Assembly (NCBI GenBank): GCA_951406725.2
Contig: OX597830.1
Location: 8,866,001-8,930,000, forward strand
From: Octopus vulgaris
Taxonomy: Eukaryota
Reading direction: 5' to 3'
DNA length: 64,000 bases
A program made the translations under genes and the position numbers. Position 1 is the first letter of the stretch; each line of letters begins with the position of its first letter. A model generated the notes under the pieces. The model saw only the letters and a list, made by a program, of their open reading frames with translations, was not told the origin of the DNA and searched no databases. This document shows, in pieces, positions 30,901 to 43,800 of this stretch.

Positions 30901-31054
30901 ACACACATACACAAAACTTATTTTGTTTGCAAGATTCCTGACGTGAACGCTTGTTAAAACAGATTTTGTTGTATTTTGAGAGGGTCATTATGTCAATAAT
31001 GAACGCACGCATTGGTTACATTTCTTTTCTTCTTCTTATTATTATTATTATTTG

Positions 31055-31562
31055 TAACCTAATCAATAACATGCCGGAAACAGATGGATCAAAAGAATAA
31101 TGGAGTCGGAAAAATGTAAGATTTTGTGGGATTTTGCTATTCAAACGGAGAAGTTAGAAAATAATAGACTGGACATAATAATTGTTGATAAGGAAAAGCG
31201 AATTTGCTTACAAATCGATCTATCATGTCCGTTTGATTCCAGGATCGAAAAACAAAGAAAATACAATTCCTTAAAATTTGAAATCGGAAGAATTTGGCGT
31301 ATGAGAGCCGTCAAGGTCAGGCCTATAATAATTGGTGCTTTGGAAACAGTAAGCAAATGACAGGAGATTGGAATGGAATGCCCTGTAGAGCTCCTACAAA
31401 ATGTTTGCCTCTTAGGGGCAGCAAGGATTATCAGGAGGATTCTAAGCACTTGAAAGACTGCTGAAAACTTGTGGATACCCAAGGTTACAGGTAGTAACAC
31501 GCTGCCCACATAAACCCTGCCAGGAATAAGACCGAAACTGAGCCAAACTAAAATAATAATAA
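31055..31562 (+). mobile_element. 5'-truncated R4/Dong-type non-LTR element (restriction-like endonuclease domain)
   Basis: KILWDFAIQT..NNRLDIIIVDK..IDLSCPFD..KYNSLKFEI.RIW.M..V.V.PIIIGAL. Preceded by (TTA)n and ending in TAATAAT. Confidence 0.78.
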
Positions 31563-31648
31563 AAGAAGTGAAATAGAACCAGTGTGTGTTTATCATTGGC
31601 ATAATGACCCCACCCCCAAGATACAACAAGATACGTAATTTTATATAT

Positions 31649-31654
31649 TTTATT
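31649..31654 (-). terminator. Candidate polyadenylation signal (AATAAA) of the chitin-binding gene
   Basis: AATAAA on the minus strand about 240 nt downstream of the stop codon. Confidence 0.45.
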
Positions 31655-31895
31655 TTTTAGAAGTAAGGAAAATAGTCGTCGGAGAACGGGTGTGATAGAG
31701 GGGGATGTGGAAAATAGAGTGAGGGGGAGAGAGGAATGGGGTAAGGAGATTGTTAGTTAGGAGGAGGAGTGAGAGAATTCATAAGGGTACAGAATATAGA
31801 ACAGAGGAAGAGTAAATAGCAAGCATTGAGTAGGAATTGAGCCCTAACCCAAGACCTTCCAGTGTGCAAGTGTGACAGTCTAGAAGAAGATTAAA

Positions 31896-32068
31896 TCACA
31901 GTGAGAGAAATGACCAGTCACATCGGTTCTTGAAGCGGTCGAAGGTCAATCCTGGAGGACAAGACTTCAAAAGAATTTTGTTCTCAAGGCACAGAAAATA
32001 CGAAGAATTGCTGCTTGGATTTGGAAGAACAGCGTTCGAGGAACGGCATCGTCGGTCCGGCAGGGATT
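31896..32068 (-). CDS. Chitin-binding protein gene, exon 3 (second, 4-Cys CBM14-like domain, stop)
   Basis: Acceptor TTTTCTTCTAG|, phase 1. Encodes ESLPDRRCRSSNAVLPNPSSNSSYFLCLENKILLKSCPPGLTFDRFKNRCDWSFLSL*. Total CDS 64+291+173=528 nt (175 aa). Confidence 0.88.
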
Positions 32069-33480
32069 CTAGAAGAAAATAACAGGAATGTCAAACATTA
32101 TTATTGAGTGTGAGTAGTGTATGCCACCAAAGTGGCACTAGGGTAAAAATATACCAAGCCCATTATTACCCCTCGGATAAGGGCACACCAAGCACATGCA
32201 TCACAACCATATGTGCGCAACATGGTGATCTCATATGAAGATAAACAGCACATGACCTTGCAGGTGGGGCCCAGTTAGAATTTTCTTAAGGTTGAGTAGC
32301 CCAGCCTGCTCAAAAGGTCCCTGGATAAGGTTTGTTTAAGGACGTTGAATGAAACACCCATGTTTCCAGAGATTAATTATTCAAACTCCAAAGAATTCCT
32401 CTCAATAAATGGCTATGATGCTCCCCCACTACTTCTGCTTGTGACCAGATATGCACATATTTATTTCTATATTGCCTACAGGGGGCTAAACATAGAGGGG
32501 ACAAACAAGGACAGACAAAGGGATTAAATCAATAACATCAACTCCAGTGCGTAACTGGTACTTATTTTATTAACCCCGAAAGGAGAAAGGCAAAGTCGAC
32601 CTCGGCGGAATTTGAACTCAAAACGTAGCGGCAGACGAAATACAGCTACGCATTTCGCCCGGCGTGCTAATGTTTCCGTCAGCTCACCGCCCTGCACATA
32701 TCGTCAGCCACTAAGGGACATGCTCGACTGGTTAAGGTCAAGCAACTGACAAAGCAAATCTGTGGTATTTGAGCAGGATATTTGCTGTATCCCATCTTTT
32801 ATACCAAGACAAAACAATGTACATGATAACATTTTCGATCGATTAAGATCAAAAGCCATGAAAGTTATTGCTTGGTACTATATCAGGGCATTTATTATTG
32901 AGTTCAAATTCCGCCGAGGTCGACTTGCCTTTCATCCTTGCAGGGTCGATTAAATAAGTACCAGTTAATCACTGCGGTCGATGTAATCGACTCAATCCGT
33001 TGGTCTGTCCTTGTTTTCCCCCTCTATGTTTAGCCCTCTGTGGGCAATAAAGAAATAAAATAATAATAATAATAATAATTATGCTTAGCCACCTTTACTT
33101 TGTGAGTGAATATTTCAGACAAACTTTGTGGAAGCCTATCGTTGCGTGTAACTTGTATTTATACCCAACCCCGCTTAAAAACAGGTGTTAGTTTGTTTAC
33201 GACCCCTAGTTTGTCTACGACTCTTTAGCAGTCCTACAAGAAATAGAATAAGTACCAATCTTAAGAAATATAAATACTAGGGTCTTCCGTAAAAAAAAAT
33301 GTCCAGCCTCGGAAAACATTAACTTCCTTGGGAACAGATGAGGCTTGGCAAGAAGGACATCAGCATGTAGAAATTCTGCCTCAACGAATTCCTCCTAACT
33401 ACTGCAAGCATGGGAAATCGGACGTTAAAACGATGCGCACACAGATAAATAGGTGGGGGGAAATATTGTTTTGATCTTAC

Positions 33481-33771
33481 CTGAGAAACTTCTGGCAGAT
33501 ATACGTGTGTTGTGTGGAGGCTTTCGGCACGAAGGATCCTTACGAAGTATTGGTGGGGTTCGGGGACAAGGTTCATTAGGGTCCCGAGACGAAGGCGGAC
33601 ACTTGGTCTGACATTCGGACACCCGCCATATATAATCGCACACCATATAACGGGGATTGAAAGCCGTTCCTTCCGGACAGGTCAAGTGCTGGACATAACC
33701 CCAGTTACATCTGTAGAACTTACGACAGTCTCTTGGGTCTCTCTTGTAGGCACCATGTCTGTAACATCTCT
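33481..33771 (-). CDS. Chitin-binding protein gene, exon 2 (peritrophin-A/CBM14 domain + Pro/Cys linker)
   Basis: Acceptor TTCCTTATAG|, donor CAG|GTAAGA, 291 nt, phase 1-1. Encodes CYRHGAYKRDPRDCRKFYRCNWGYVQHLTCPEGTAFNPRYMVCDYIWRVSEC, with the six-Cys ChtBD2 spacing and the F-Y-x-C and C-P-x-G-x-x-F-x6-C-D motifs. Confidence 0.92.
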
Positions 33772-34522
33772 CTATAAGGAAGAGTAGAAACGAGGTGAAT
33801 AAAAGCTGATAGACGTCTGGGTAGGGCTTAAAATAAACTTTGTGAGCAATGTGATAAACATGATTGTGATAGTAATGATGGTGATAGCATACCAGTAATA
33901 CACTGGTGCACAATGTCAGTAGTCGTACATATAACCTTCAACAGCTGATGTTATAATCAGGGCAGTAGTGGGAGCATGCGTCGTTGCAGTGTGTTACTGC
34001 AGTCACCATTCGTCGGTATATTCCTGTGAGCTGGCAGAAGCGTTAGCGCGCCGGGCGAAATGCTTTGCGGTATTTCGTCTGCCGTTACGTTGTGAGTTCA
34101 AATTCTGCCGAGGTCGACTTTGCTTTTCATCCTTTCGGGGTCGATAAATTAAGCACCAGTTACGCACTGGGGTCGATGTAATCGACTTAATACCTATGTC
34201 TGTCCTTGTTTGTCCCCTCTGTGTTTAGCCCCTTGTGGGTAATAAAGAAATAGGTATATTCCCGAGTCCTCCTGGGCGATCAGAGTCCCCGGTCAGCTTC
34301 CATCCCCTCAAGATACTTTCCCATCTGCCATGACCATGTGGCACGTGGTCGACCAACATTGAGCTCTCAGCCCAACCGGATCCTCAGTGAAAAGCGAACA
34401 CGGTAAGCGTTGTCTATCTCAGAAAATCGAGTCACATGGCCACACTCTCTGAGCTGGCGCTTCCGAATCATACAAGTAACGTCTCTTTACTCAGATGCTA
34501 TATTTATTTTTTAGTGTATATA

Positions 34523-34755
34523 AAGGCGGCGAGCTGGCAGAAATGTTAGCACACCAGGCGAAATGCATAGCCGTATTTCGTCTGCCGTTACGTTATGGGT
34601 TCAAATTCCGCCGAGGTCGACTTTGCCTTTCATCCTTTCGGGGTCGATAAATTAAGTATCAGTTACGCACTGGGGTCGATATAATCGACTTGATCCGTTT
34701 GTCTGTCCTTGTTTGTCTTCTCTGTGTTTAGCCCCTTGTGGGTAGTAAAAAAATA
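34523..34755 (+). mobile_element. SINE family A, full-length copy (GGCGGCGAGCTGGCAGAA...GTTCAAATTCCGCCGAGGTCGAC...GGGTAGTAAA)
   Basis: More than 15 dispersed copies or fragments in the window (e.g. 1318-1546-, 1549-1718+, 23439-23612+, 32461-32692-, 34025-34252+, 51862-52093-, 58327-58549-). B-box-like GTTCAAAT. This copy has a ~25-bp TSD. Confidence 0.88.
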
Positions 34756-35170
34756 TATATTTATTTTTTAGTGTATATAACTAAAATATAATCGTATTAA
34801 TCGGTGTTGGAGGTGACTGGCTCCTTTCAGCAACAGAACGAATACGTCACTCTATTGTGAGCTGTATTATTATCCCTGAGATTTGCTTGACCCACGGGTG
34901 TTGCTAAAATAAGGACCAATCACAGGGGTGTATCAGTTTATTTATCGAACCCTTGTAGTTTATTAGAAAACTTAGAGTTAGGGGAGAGGAACGATAGTGA
35001 TAGACTGGCAACGATTTTGGTGAAAACCTCGTTAAAAAATATTAGCTACGAAAAATGAAGAGTGGCATTAAGTGACGCAAAACAAATGGAACGCAGCCCC
35101 ACCCAAAACTGACACAGAATCAAGTCTATAATGCGGTTAAGACAGCCCTGGTAAAAACTAATTAAAGATA

Positions 35171-35561
35171 GGCGCAGGAGTGGCTGTGTGGTAAGTAGCT
35201 TGCTTACCAACCACATGGTTCCGGGTTCAGTCCCACTGCGTGGCATCTTGGGCAAGTGTCTTCCGCTATAGCCCCGGGCCAACCAAAGCCTTGTGTGTGG
35301 ATTTGGTAGACGGAAACTGAAAGAAACCTGTCGTATATATGTATATATATATATGTATGTATGTTTGTCTCCCTAGCATTGCTTGACAACCGATGCTTGT
35401 GTGTTTACGTCCCCGTCACTTAGCGGTTCGGAAAAAGAGACCGATAGAATAAGTACTGGGCTTACAAAGAATAAGTCCCAGGGTCGATTTGCTTGACTAA
35501 AGGCGGTGCTCCAGCATGGCCGCAGTCAAATGACTGAAACAAGTAAAAGAGTAAAAGAATA
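35171..35561 (+). mobile_element. SINE family B, full-length tRNA-derived copy with an internal microsatellite
   Basis: A box TGGCTGTGTGG, B box GGTTCAGTCCC, tail AAGTAAAAGAGTAAAAGA. Other copies at 6724-7107-, 44158-44525-, 52762-53180-, 55168-55555-, 56582-56957- and 63172-63530-. Confidence 0.9.
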
Positions 35562-35568
35562 TTCTTAC

Positions 35569-35632
35569 CTGAGATTACAGGTGTAACAATGAAGAATATA
35601 GACACAAGAATCCACTTTAGTTCCACAGACAT
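35569..35632 (-). CDS. Chitin-binding protein gene, exon 1 (ATG + signal peptide MSVELKWILVSIFFIVTPVIS)
   Basis: ATG at 35632 followed by a hydrophobic 21-aa leader. Ends CAG|GTAAGA (phase 1 donor), 64 nt. The phase matches exon 2. Confidence 0.88.
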
Positions 35633-36152
35633 CGTTGAAGTTTATTTTAAACCAAGAACTCCGTTCTACCTCGTGGCCAACTTCCTCAAATGAAAACCTT
35701 TTCTTTATCTTTTTTCCTTTCTTGTATTTTTAAAAAAAAATGTTTGTGTTCCTCGATTGACCTTAAAGGAACTTTCACAACTCACACCACTACGTCCTAC
35801 ACCATAACATCAGAACTGCCACCACCACCAACACCACCTCCTACCCCTACCGTCACCCGTCCGCACCATCACCCACCACCACCACCACCACTCGTGTCCT
35901 CCCCGTTCGCACCTTCATTACTTCAAGGTGCTGTGAAAACAAACACCTGCCTAACTATACAAATAATTACTGAGGTAATAAGTTTCTTTTTTTTTAATGG
36001 TTTTAGTGTTTGGGTTACGACCAGGCTGGAGCACTTTATATCAACTCCACTAACTAGTCTAGTACTTATCTTATTGATCTTCCATTAAATGGCAAAGTCT
36101 ACTTTTGTAAAGAAACAAAACTGCAATAAGCACCCACACACACACGTATGTT

Positions 36153-36188
<36 letters not shown>

Positions 36189-36551
36189 AGAAAAAAGCAA
36201 CAAGAATGGATTAGTTGTTCAGTACAATTGTTTCATACGAAGAACAGCTTTATTAAAAGCTGCAAATATTGCAGCAAATACAAGTGTCCCGTATTCATCA
36301 GCCAAAACACATATGAGTTTTCCAAACATCCTGGGGGGGGGGGGAGTGAGGCTACACTCATGAAGTATCGAAGAGAGTTCTATGAAAAGCAAAGTTAGAC
36401 TGTAAGCAGATTTAAAATGTTTTCTAATGATGCACATAATCACGCCACATTATTTTATGGTTAATACCATAAAGATTTCTGGTGCATCTAAGTTAAGTAC
36501 CGCATTCATGTGAATTCATTGGAACTCACTTAAATCTTAATTGTTTTACTG

Positions 36552-36598
<47 letters not shown>

Positions 36599-36629
36599 TT
36601 TATTTAAAAGCAGCAGAAATTCAACAAAA

Positions 36630-36669
36630 CCTGTTACTCTGAGTTTCCCGTTCCCCTTCGTCGGACAGG
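36630..36669 (-). ncRNA. Minimal hammerhead (U4C variant) forming the loop of a 42-bp perfect inverted repeat
   Basis: The minus strand reads CCTGT-CCGACGA-AGG(GGAA)CGG-GAAA-CTCAGAG-TA-ACAGG. A homologous copy with intact stem II ACG(GGAA)CGT lies at 17343-17379 (+). Confidence 0.62.
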
Positions 36670-39600
36670 TTTTGTTGAATTTCTGCTGCTTTTAAATAAA
36701 GTATATTACTCTACCCCTGGTATTTGAGAACTCTTTTTTCCACCTTGTTTCACATTTATGTGTTTACTCCGGTATATATATATATATATATATATATATA
36801 ATGGGTGATGGATGTGTGTGTGATTTTCCCGACCATCAAACTAAAACACTTGTTGTTCATACGCCTGTCTTTCGTTTTTCTATAAATTTCAACTATATAT
36901 ATATTAGTTGAAATATATTTTTTATTTTAGGTTTCTTTTTGTTCATTTCTGTCATTTGAATGCGGCCATGCTGGAGCACCGCCTTTAGTCGTACAAATCG
37001 GCCCCAGGAGTTATTCTTTGTAAGCCTAGTACTAGATGCCATTCAGTGGGACTGAACCCGGAACCATGTGGTTGGGAAGCAAGCTTCTTATATTTATATA
37101 TATTATAAATGCATTGACAAGGCATGGGGCAGTAGCTGAAGATACTTCCCCAAGGTGCCGTGAAGTAGGATTAAACCAGAAACCACATGGTTGCAAAGCA
37201 AGTTTCTTAACCACAATTATGCTGGCTTATTGATTTTGCAGACTTGCTTTTGATAGGACCCTTTTTTCTGTTTCTAAAACAGTGAAATATAATTTGAGGG
37301 AAGTTTGGTTGTTATTTCTAGCAAGCGGAATGACCACTTTGAGGTTTCTAAACGTTGGTTGGTGAGGTTATGTAATTGTTGTTGGTGGCGGCGAGGATTA
37401 AAAAAAAAACAAAGAAAAAACCAGAAGGCTGTGTTAATTAAATATTTTCTTCACAGGTAAATAACAGGTGAGAGTTGAAACAGGTATTATCCTTTCAGTC
37501 AATAAGGCGCTGCAAAGATGAAAGTACTAACACACACACACACATGCATAGAACGCACACACTCACTTGCATGCACTGACACACATGCACACACTCCCTC
37601 ACACACACACGCATGCACAAGCACTCACTCGCAATGACTCATTTACATACACTCACGCACATGGTCTAAAATATAGGATACCTTGCACAATGTTGTCTCT
37701 GATACACAGACGTGATGGTCACGGTTGGATCACTTTAGTCATAAATCTGCACAATCGTAGCTGACAACAGTGTATGGCCGTGATCATTTCTATATTTCAT
37801 TAATTAGCTACAATTAGCATGTGGAATATGTGACACACACAACAATGGTGACTCTATGCCCGCTGTCCACCCCACAAATGACTCTATGGCCATTCCACAG
37901 ATGTCATCATGTCCACACCCCAAGTGACTCTATGGCCACCGTCCACTCCCCAGATGTCACCATGGCCACCAACTTTACAGGTGACACTAGCCACTGTCCG
38001 CTCTGCTGGTGACTGCAGTTATTGTTTTATGCTACAACCCCCTCAAACTACGCACATCTGCATCACTTCAGTCCAACATACTCTTAAAAAATGATGGGAT
38101 GGCCATGGCTAGAATGCCTTAGATCATAGGTCAACTTGATCAGGTATAGCCTGGGGTTAAATAACAATATCATCTATGCACCAATTATCATTTGTCATTC
38201 ACCTGTTTCAGTCATCACTGTGGCCATACTGGGGCACTGTTTTGCAGAATCTTTTATCAATCTCGGTTTGTTTTAAGCCTGGTGTTTATTCTATCAGTCT
38301 CATTTGCCTAACCACAAAGTCATGTGGACATAAACACACCATCAGTTGTCAAGCAGTGTTAGGGGACCAACACAGACACACACATACATATACGACAGGC
38401 TTCTTTCAGTTTCCATCTACCAAATCCACACACAACTATAGAAAGTATAACAACCAGTGTCAAGTAAAGTTGATAATCTTGCCCAAGAGTACAACAGCAA
38501 CAACAACAACAATAATAAATCAATATAACAAGAAGATCGATGTGTTAAGATAATTTATTGAAAACATTTTTATTTTTATATTGTTGGTGTCACAACATAC
38601 AAACAACAGATGTGTGTTTGTTTATCACAGATAGCAGTTATACACCCAACACATACACACATTGCATGTGTGTATATACATATATATATATACACACACC
38701 CACATACACAAAAACACAAATTTCATTATATGTTGATACATGCCCACATATACACACATACACATTGTATAAACGAGTTTGATTGTGAAAAATTAATTTG
38801 TTTTCATACACACATGCATATATAGACATACATTTGTATTTGTGTGTATACACACACACATTCAAATATGTACTTATGTGCATGTGATTACTTTTGTATT
38901 TCACTGGTATGTGTGTGTGTATATATATATATATATGTATACAGACACACACACACGTTTACATACAATGAAATACAAAAATGGTCACACGAGCATAAAT
39001 ATACATTTGGATATGTACATATATATACACACACACACACATATATACGTACATACACACATATATATACACACACACATATACATTAGGGATACAACTT
39101 TTAAAGTTTTTTCCTCAAAAACAATTTCCTGTATCATATTTAGATGAGCTTTTATGCGTAAGTAACGAAAGTAAACTCACTTTTGTGTTATCTTTAAAAA
39201 AGTTCACCCATGAATCCATGTTTGTATTCTTATGCAAAACTAGTCTGAATATGGGTAAGGTTGCGTAGCACTCTTGGCTTTCAATAGATTCTTAGCATTT
39301 AAAAGACTTCAGAGGTGATTCATTTGTATTGTTGAGTCACCATGTTTAGTCATGTGGCAATTAAGTTCTTTCACCTTTGCTGCTTTGGTTTCAGTGTGAA
39401 TTCTGCAAGACTGCAAACGGTTTGTCATTCAAGAAAAACTTCAAAATTGTTCAGAAGAATAGGGAGAAATGGAGAAACTTGGTGCAGTTCCAGTCCCATT
39501 TATCTAGAGCTCATGTGCCAGTAGAAGCCGAACGCCACTCAAGGAATAGATTGTTGGTCGGTACCAGCTTCTTGGGATATCAATTTAAGGTAGAAAGGAG

Positions 39601-39789
39601 AGAGTGGCGGAATTATCAAGAGAAGTGACACTACTGTGGGGAGATAAACAGAATTTTCTAATCATTTCCAAGCAAGCAATATGGTCAGTAATGCCAGATG
39701 GAATCTGCAAGCAATCTTAGCCCTTCTGGCATTTTTCCTCATTCCACATGTGAGAGAAAGACTGCATATGGTCTTTCAGTTTATTTCAT

Positions 39790-40131
39790 ACGACTGGCCG
39801 CTGCCAGCCTCGCCTGGCCCCCGTGCCGGTGGCACGTAAAAAGCACCATCCGTTCGTGGCCGTTGCCAGCCTCGCCTGGCCACCGTACCGGTGGCACATA
39901 AAAAGCACCATCCGATCGTGGCCATTTGCCAGACTTGTCTGGCCTCGTGCCAGTGGCACGTAAAAATCACCCACTACACTCATGGAGTGGTTGGCGTTAG
40001 GAAGAGCATTCGTAGAAACATTGCCAGATCAAACTGGGCCTGGTGCAGCCTTCTGGCTTCCAAGACCCCAGTTGAACTGTCCAACCCATGCTAGCATGGA
40101 AAGCGGACGCTAAACGATGATGATGATGATG
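39790..40131 (+). mobile_element. Short retroposon / LINE 3' end with a (GAT)n tail
   Basis: GGCACGTAAAAAGCACC repeats ... CCCATGCTAGCATGGAAAGCGGACGCTAAACGATGATG. Copies at 43100-43293, 55860-56165 and 62050-62643. Confidence 0.75.
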
Positions 40132-40772
40132 AGCAGACCACTGGTTCAGTGACCAAATCTCTAGAGCTGAAGGTTATGCAGAGCTATCGCAAGCCTTTCT
40201 ACCCTACAAGACTGCTTTGAAATGTTTGACACTGGAAACAAGACCTTCAAAACTAAACATCAGCAGAAGTAATCAATGTTGTTAACGAGCAATTAAAGTC
40301 TTACAAGAACTACACAAGAACAAAGCCAATCTGTCATTGGGTTTCATTCTCGCGAATGAATTGTCACAACTTGGTATTTTGGCTAATTTGACTTACCATC
40401 TTTTTATTGTTCTGGAATGCAGAATAAAGTTCTTTTAACAGTTATGGATTAACAGTTATGGATTAAAAGTTTTGGATCTTTTCCCTTTTTTTTTTGTTTC
40501 TTATTCAACCAGGGATTTAGTTTTTTTGGAAAATCCACCCAAATGCAGCAGAGTATAAAAATTTCAAAGTTAGTCACGGGTGAACTTTTTTAATCAAATG
40601 CAATTAAAAAAAAACCCCAAAAAACCCCCCATTTTTTCATTGTTTCCCAGCAAAAGCTCATTAGATCATAATGCAAGACCATGGAGTTGCAAAAAAGTTG
40701 TATCCCTAATACACACACATATATAAATTTACATATATTTGAATATCAATACAGATATGTACTGTGCATGTT

Positions 40773-40810
<38 letters not shown>

Positions 40811-43800
40811 TAAATGCATACACTCACTTATACAGACACATATTCACATATATGTATACACACACACATTCCAATATATATTTTATTGAATTTGTATTGA
40901 TTTTACATAAACCCATACCTGATCTGTATAAAGTAGATATGGAATAAATAACAGGAAGAGGAGAAGTGTGAGTAGGGTTTTAGAATTAAATAAGTTTTCT
41001 CTGATTTGGAAATCAAACATTTTTACAACAACAATAACAAAAATTCTTGGTTTCTCAAGTTCACACCAAAGACAAGAATTGAACTCCTCACCTTGCCAAC
41101 TGGAGACATTCTAACAGATTATCAACTTCCTGATAATGCTTCCGTAGTATATGGATTGTGTCTAGGTCAACCGCTTCGGAGAAGGGATTTAAATGATTAC
41201 ATCAACCCCAGTATATGACTGGTACGTTATCTGGAAGTCTGTCAGTTACAGCAACGAGGGTTCCAGTTGATTTGATCAATGATCAGCTTGCTCATGAAAT
41301 TAACATGCAAGTGGCTGAGTACACCATAGACGTGTGTACCCTTAATGTAATTCTTGGGAGATTCAGTGCAACACAGAATGTGATAAGAGTGGCCCCCTTT
41401 GAATTACAGGTGCAACTCTCTTTTGCTAGGTGAGTAAACTGGAGCAACATGAAATAAAGTGTCTTGCCCAAGGACATAATGTGACACCAGGAATTGAACT
41501 CATGATCTTCAGCTAAATACCCTCGGTCGATGTAATCAACTAGCCTTCTCCCATGCAGTGGGACTGAACCCAGAACCATGTGGTTGGGGAGCAAGCTTCT
41601 TACCACACAGCCACTCCTGCACCTAAATCTCCAATATCTGAGTAGAATTTATTTCATTAATCCTGAAAAAATGCAAGGCCAAGTTGACCTCGGTGGCGCT
41701 TGAACTTGGAACAGATAGACCTAGGAGAAATACAGCTCAGCATTTTGTCAGGTAAGTTAACGATTTAATTAGCTCATTGCCTTGAATATTAATAACAGTA
41801 ATACCTTCTATTATGGGCTCAAGGCCTGAAATTTTTGGGGAAGGGGCTAGTCAATTATATTGACCCAGTGTTCAACTGGTACTTTATTGACCCTTAAAGG
41901 ATGAAAGGCAATGTCAACCTGGGTGGGATCTGAGCCCAGCAGATAAAGAGCAAGGAGAAATAACACAAAGCATTTTGTCCAATATGCTAACAATTTATGA
42001 TGATAATAGTTTCTACTCTAGGCACAAGGCCTGAAATTTTGGGGGAAGGAGCTAGTCGATTACATCGACCCCAGTGTCTCACTGGTACTCGATTTATCAA
42101 CCCTGAAAGGATGAAAGGAAAAATCGACCTTGGCGGAATTTGAACTCAGAAGGTAAAGACGGACGAAATGTCACTAACCATTTTGCCTGGCATCTGATTC
42201 TACCAGCTCACCGCCATAATAATAATAATAATAATGATAATAATAATAGTTTCAAATTTTGCCAGAAGGGCAGCTATTTTTGGGTGAAGGGGATAAGTCG
42301 ATTACATCGACCCCAGTGTTTCACTGGTACTTACTTTATCGACCCCTGAAAGTCAACCACAGTGGAATTTGAACTCATAACATAGCAGCAGACAAAATAC
42401 CTATTTCTTTACTACCCACAAGGGGCTAGACATAGAGGAGATAAACAAAGACAGACAAATGGATTAAGTTGATTATATCGACCCAGTGCATAACTGGTAC
42501 TTATTTAATCGACCCCGAAAGGAAGAAAGGCAAAGTCGACCTTGGCGGAATTTGAACTCAGAACCTAGCCGCAGACAAAATACCACTGAGCATTTTGCCC
42601 AGAGTGCTAATGATTCTGTCAGCTCACCACTTCAATAATAATAATAATAACATCAACAAATTCAGATTTTTTTTCTTTGTATTAGAATTGAGACTGTGTG
42701 ATGTTTATATTATTTTCAAGGACAAAAAGTATATACAGAAGTAGTTGTAAGACTTAATGATAGTATAACGACCATCACCAACAATAACAAGGTGGGGGGG
42801 GGGGGTGATGACAAGTGTGTGAGTGTGTGTATGAGAGGAGATGAACATGACATGAGAAGGAAGACATATAAAATGGAAAGTAGTTCAAAATACAAAGGAC
42901 TACAGAAAAAGAAAACAAAAAAAATAACAAAAAAAATCAGTGCTTTAGTTTTTATAAGTTATTCAGAAAAGGGGGCAGGACCCATGGATATTTCTGAAAC
43001 CTCCATATTAGGTCTCCTTTAAGTTTTGGTCACATGAGCTGGCATTCAGGAAATAACTTGGGACATAAGTCTCTCTCTCTCTATATATATATAGATATCT
43101 GGCACCTGTGCGGGTGGCACGTAAAAAGCACCCACTACACTCACGGAGTGGTTGGCGTTAGGAAGGGCATCCAGCCATAGAAACACTGCCAGATCAGACT
43201 GGGCCTGATGCGGCCTTCCGGCTTTACAGACCCCAGTTGAACCGTCCAACCCATGCTAGCATGGAAAGCGGACGCTAAATGATGATGATGATGATATATA
43301 TATGTATGTATATAGCCATCTTGTTTTTCATATATTCATTTCCACCTCACCAATTGTCATTTTGGTGCCTCTGGCACCTCTCCAGAATTTGGTTCTTCTT
43401 TCAATGCAGATGTCACGCATCTTTTATCAATCTCATCATACATCACCCAAACAGTGCCTTGGTTCTAGCCTCTAACCCAGAAATAGAGCAAAGTAATTTC
43501 TAGTATATTTTCTAGGAGGTGGCCACACCAACCGCGATTGGTGTCTTTGATCAGCAGTTTCAGAAATGAAGAGGTGGAGAAGCTATAATTAATGTCTCCA
43601 AGTTATAATGAAACACTTCCTGAGTCTCTAGGAAGCTTCTGGGATTTGATCTTTGGCTCTAGTTTTTTATAGGGTGAAGTGGGTGAGAAATGCACCTGGA
43701 TAAGACATCACTCTATCACAAGTAATCCACTACCAATCTGATGTTTAGCTCCTCTTTCATGGGGTGAAGCGAGGAATTTACCTGGATAGGACATCATTCT

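Noticed and set aside
33772-33913. N-terminal part of track ORF 33425..33913
   Set aside because: It lies upstream of a clear acceptor at 33772 and is intronic; the real N-terminus is the signal-peptide exon at 35632.
35171-35245. tRNA gene
   Set aside because: The A and B boxes belong to the tRNA-derived head of a multi-copy SINE; no complete cloverleaf.
39377-39628. 83-aa ORF with a plausible acceptor (CEFCKTANG...)
   Set aside because: No recognisable domain and no partner exons were found; it may be decayed repeat or UTR sequence.
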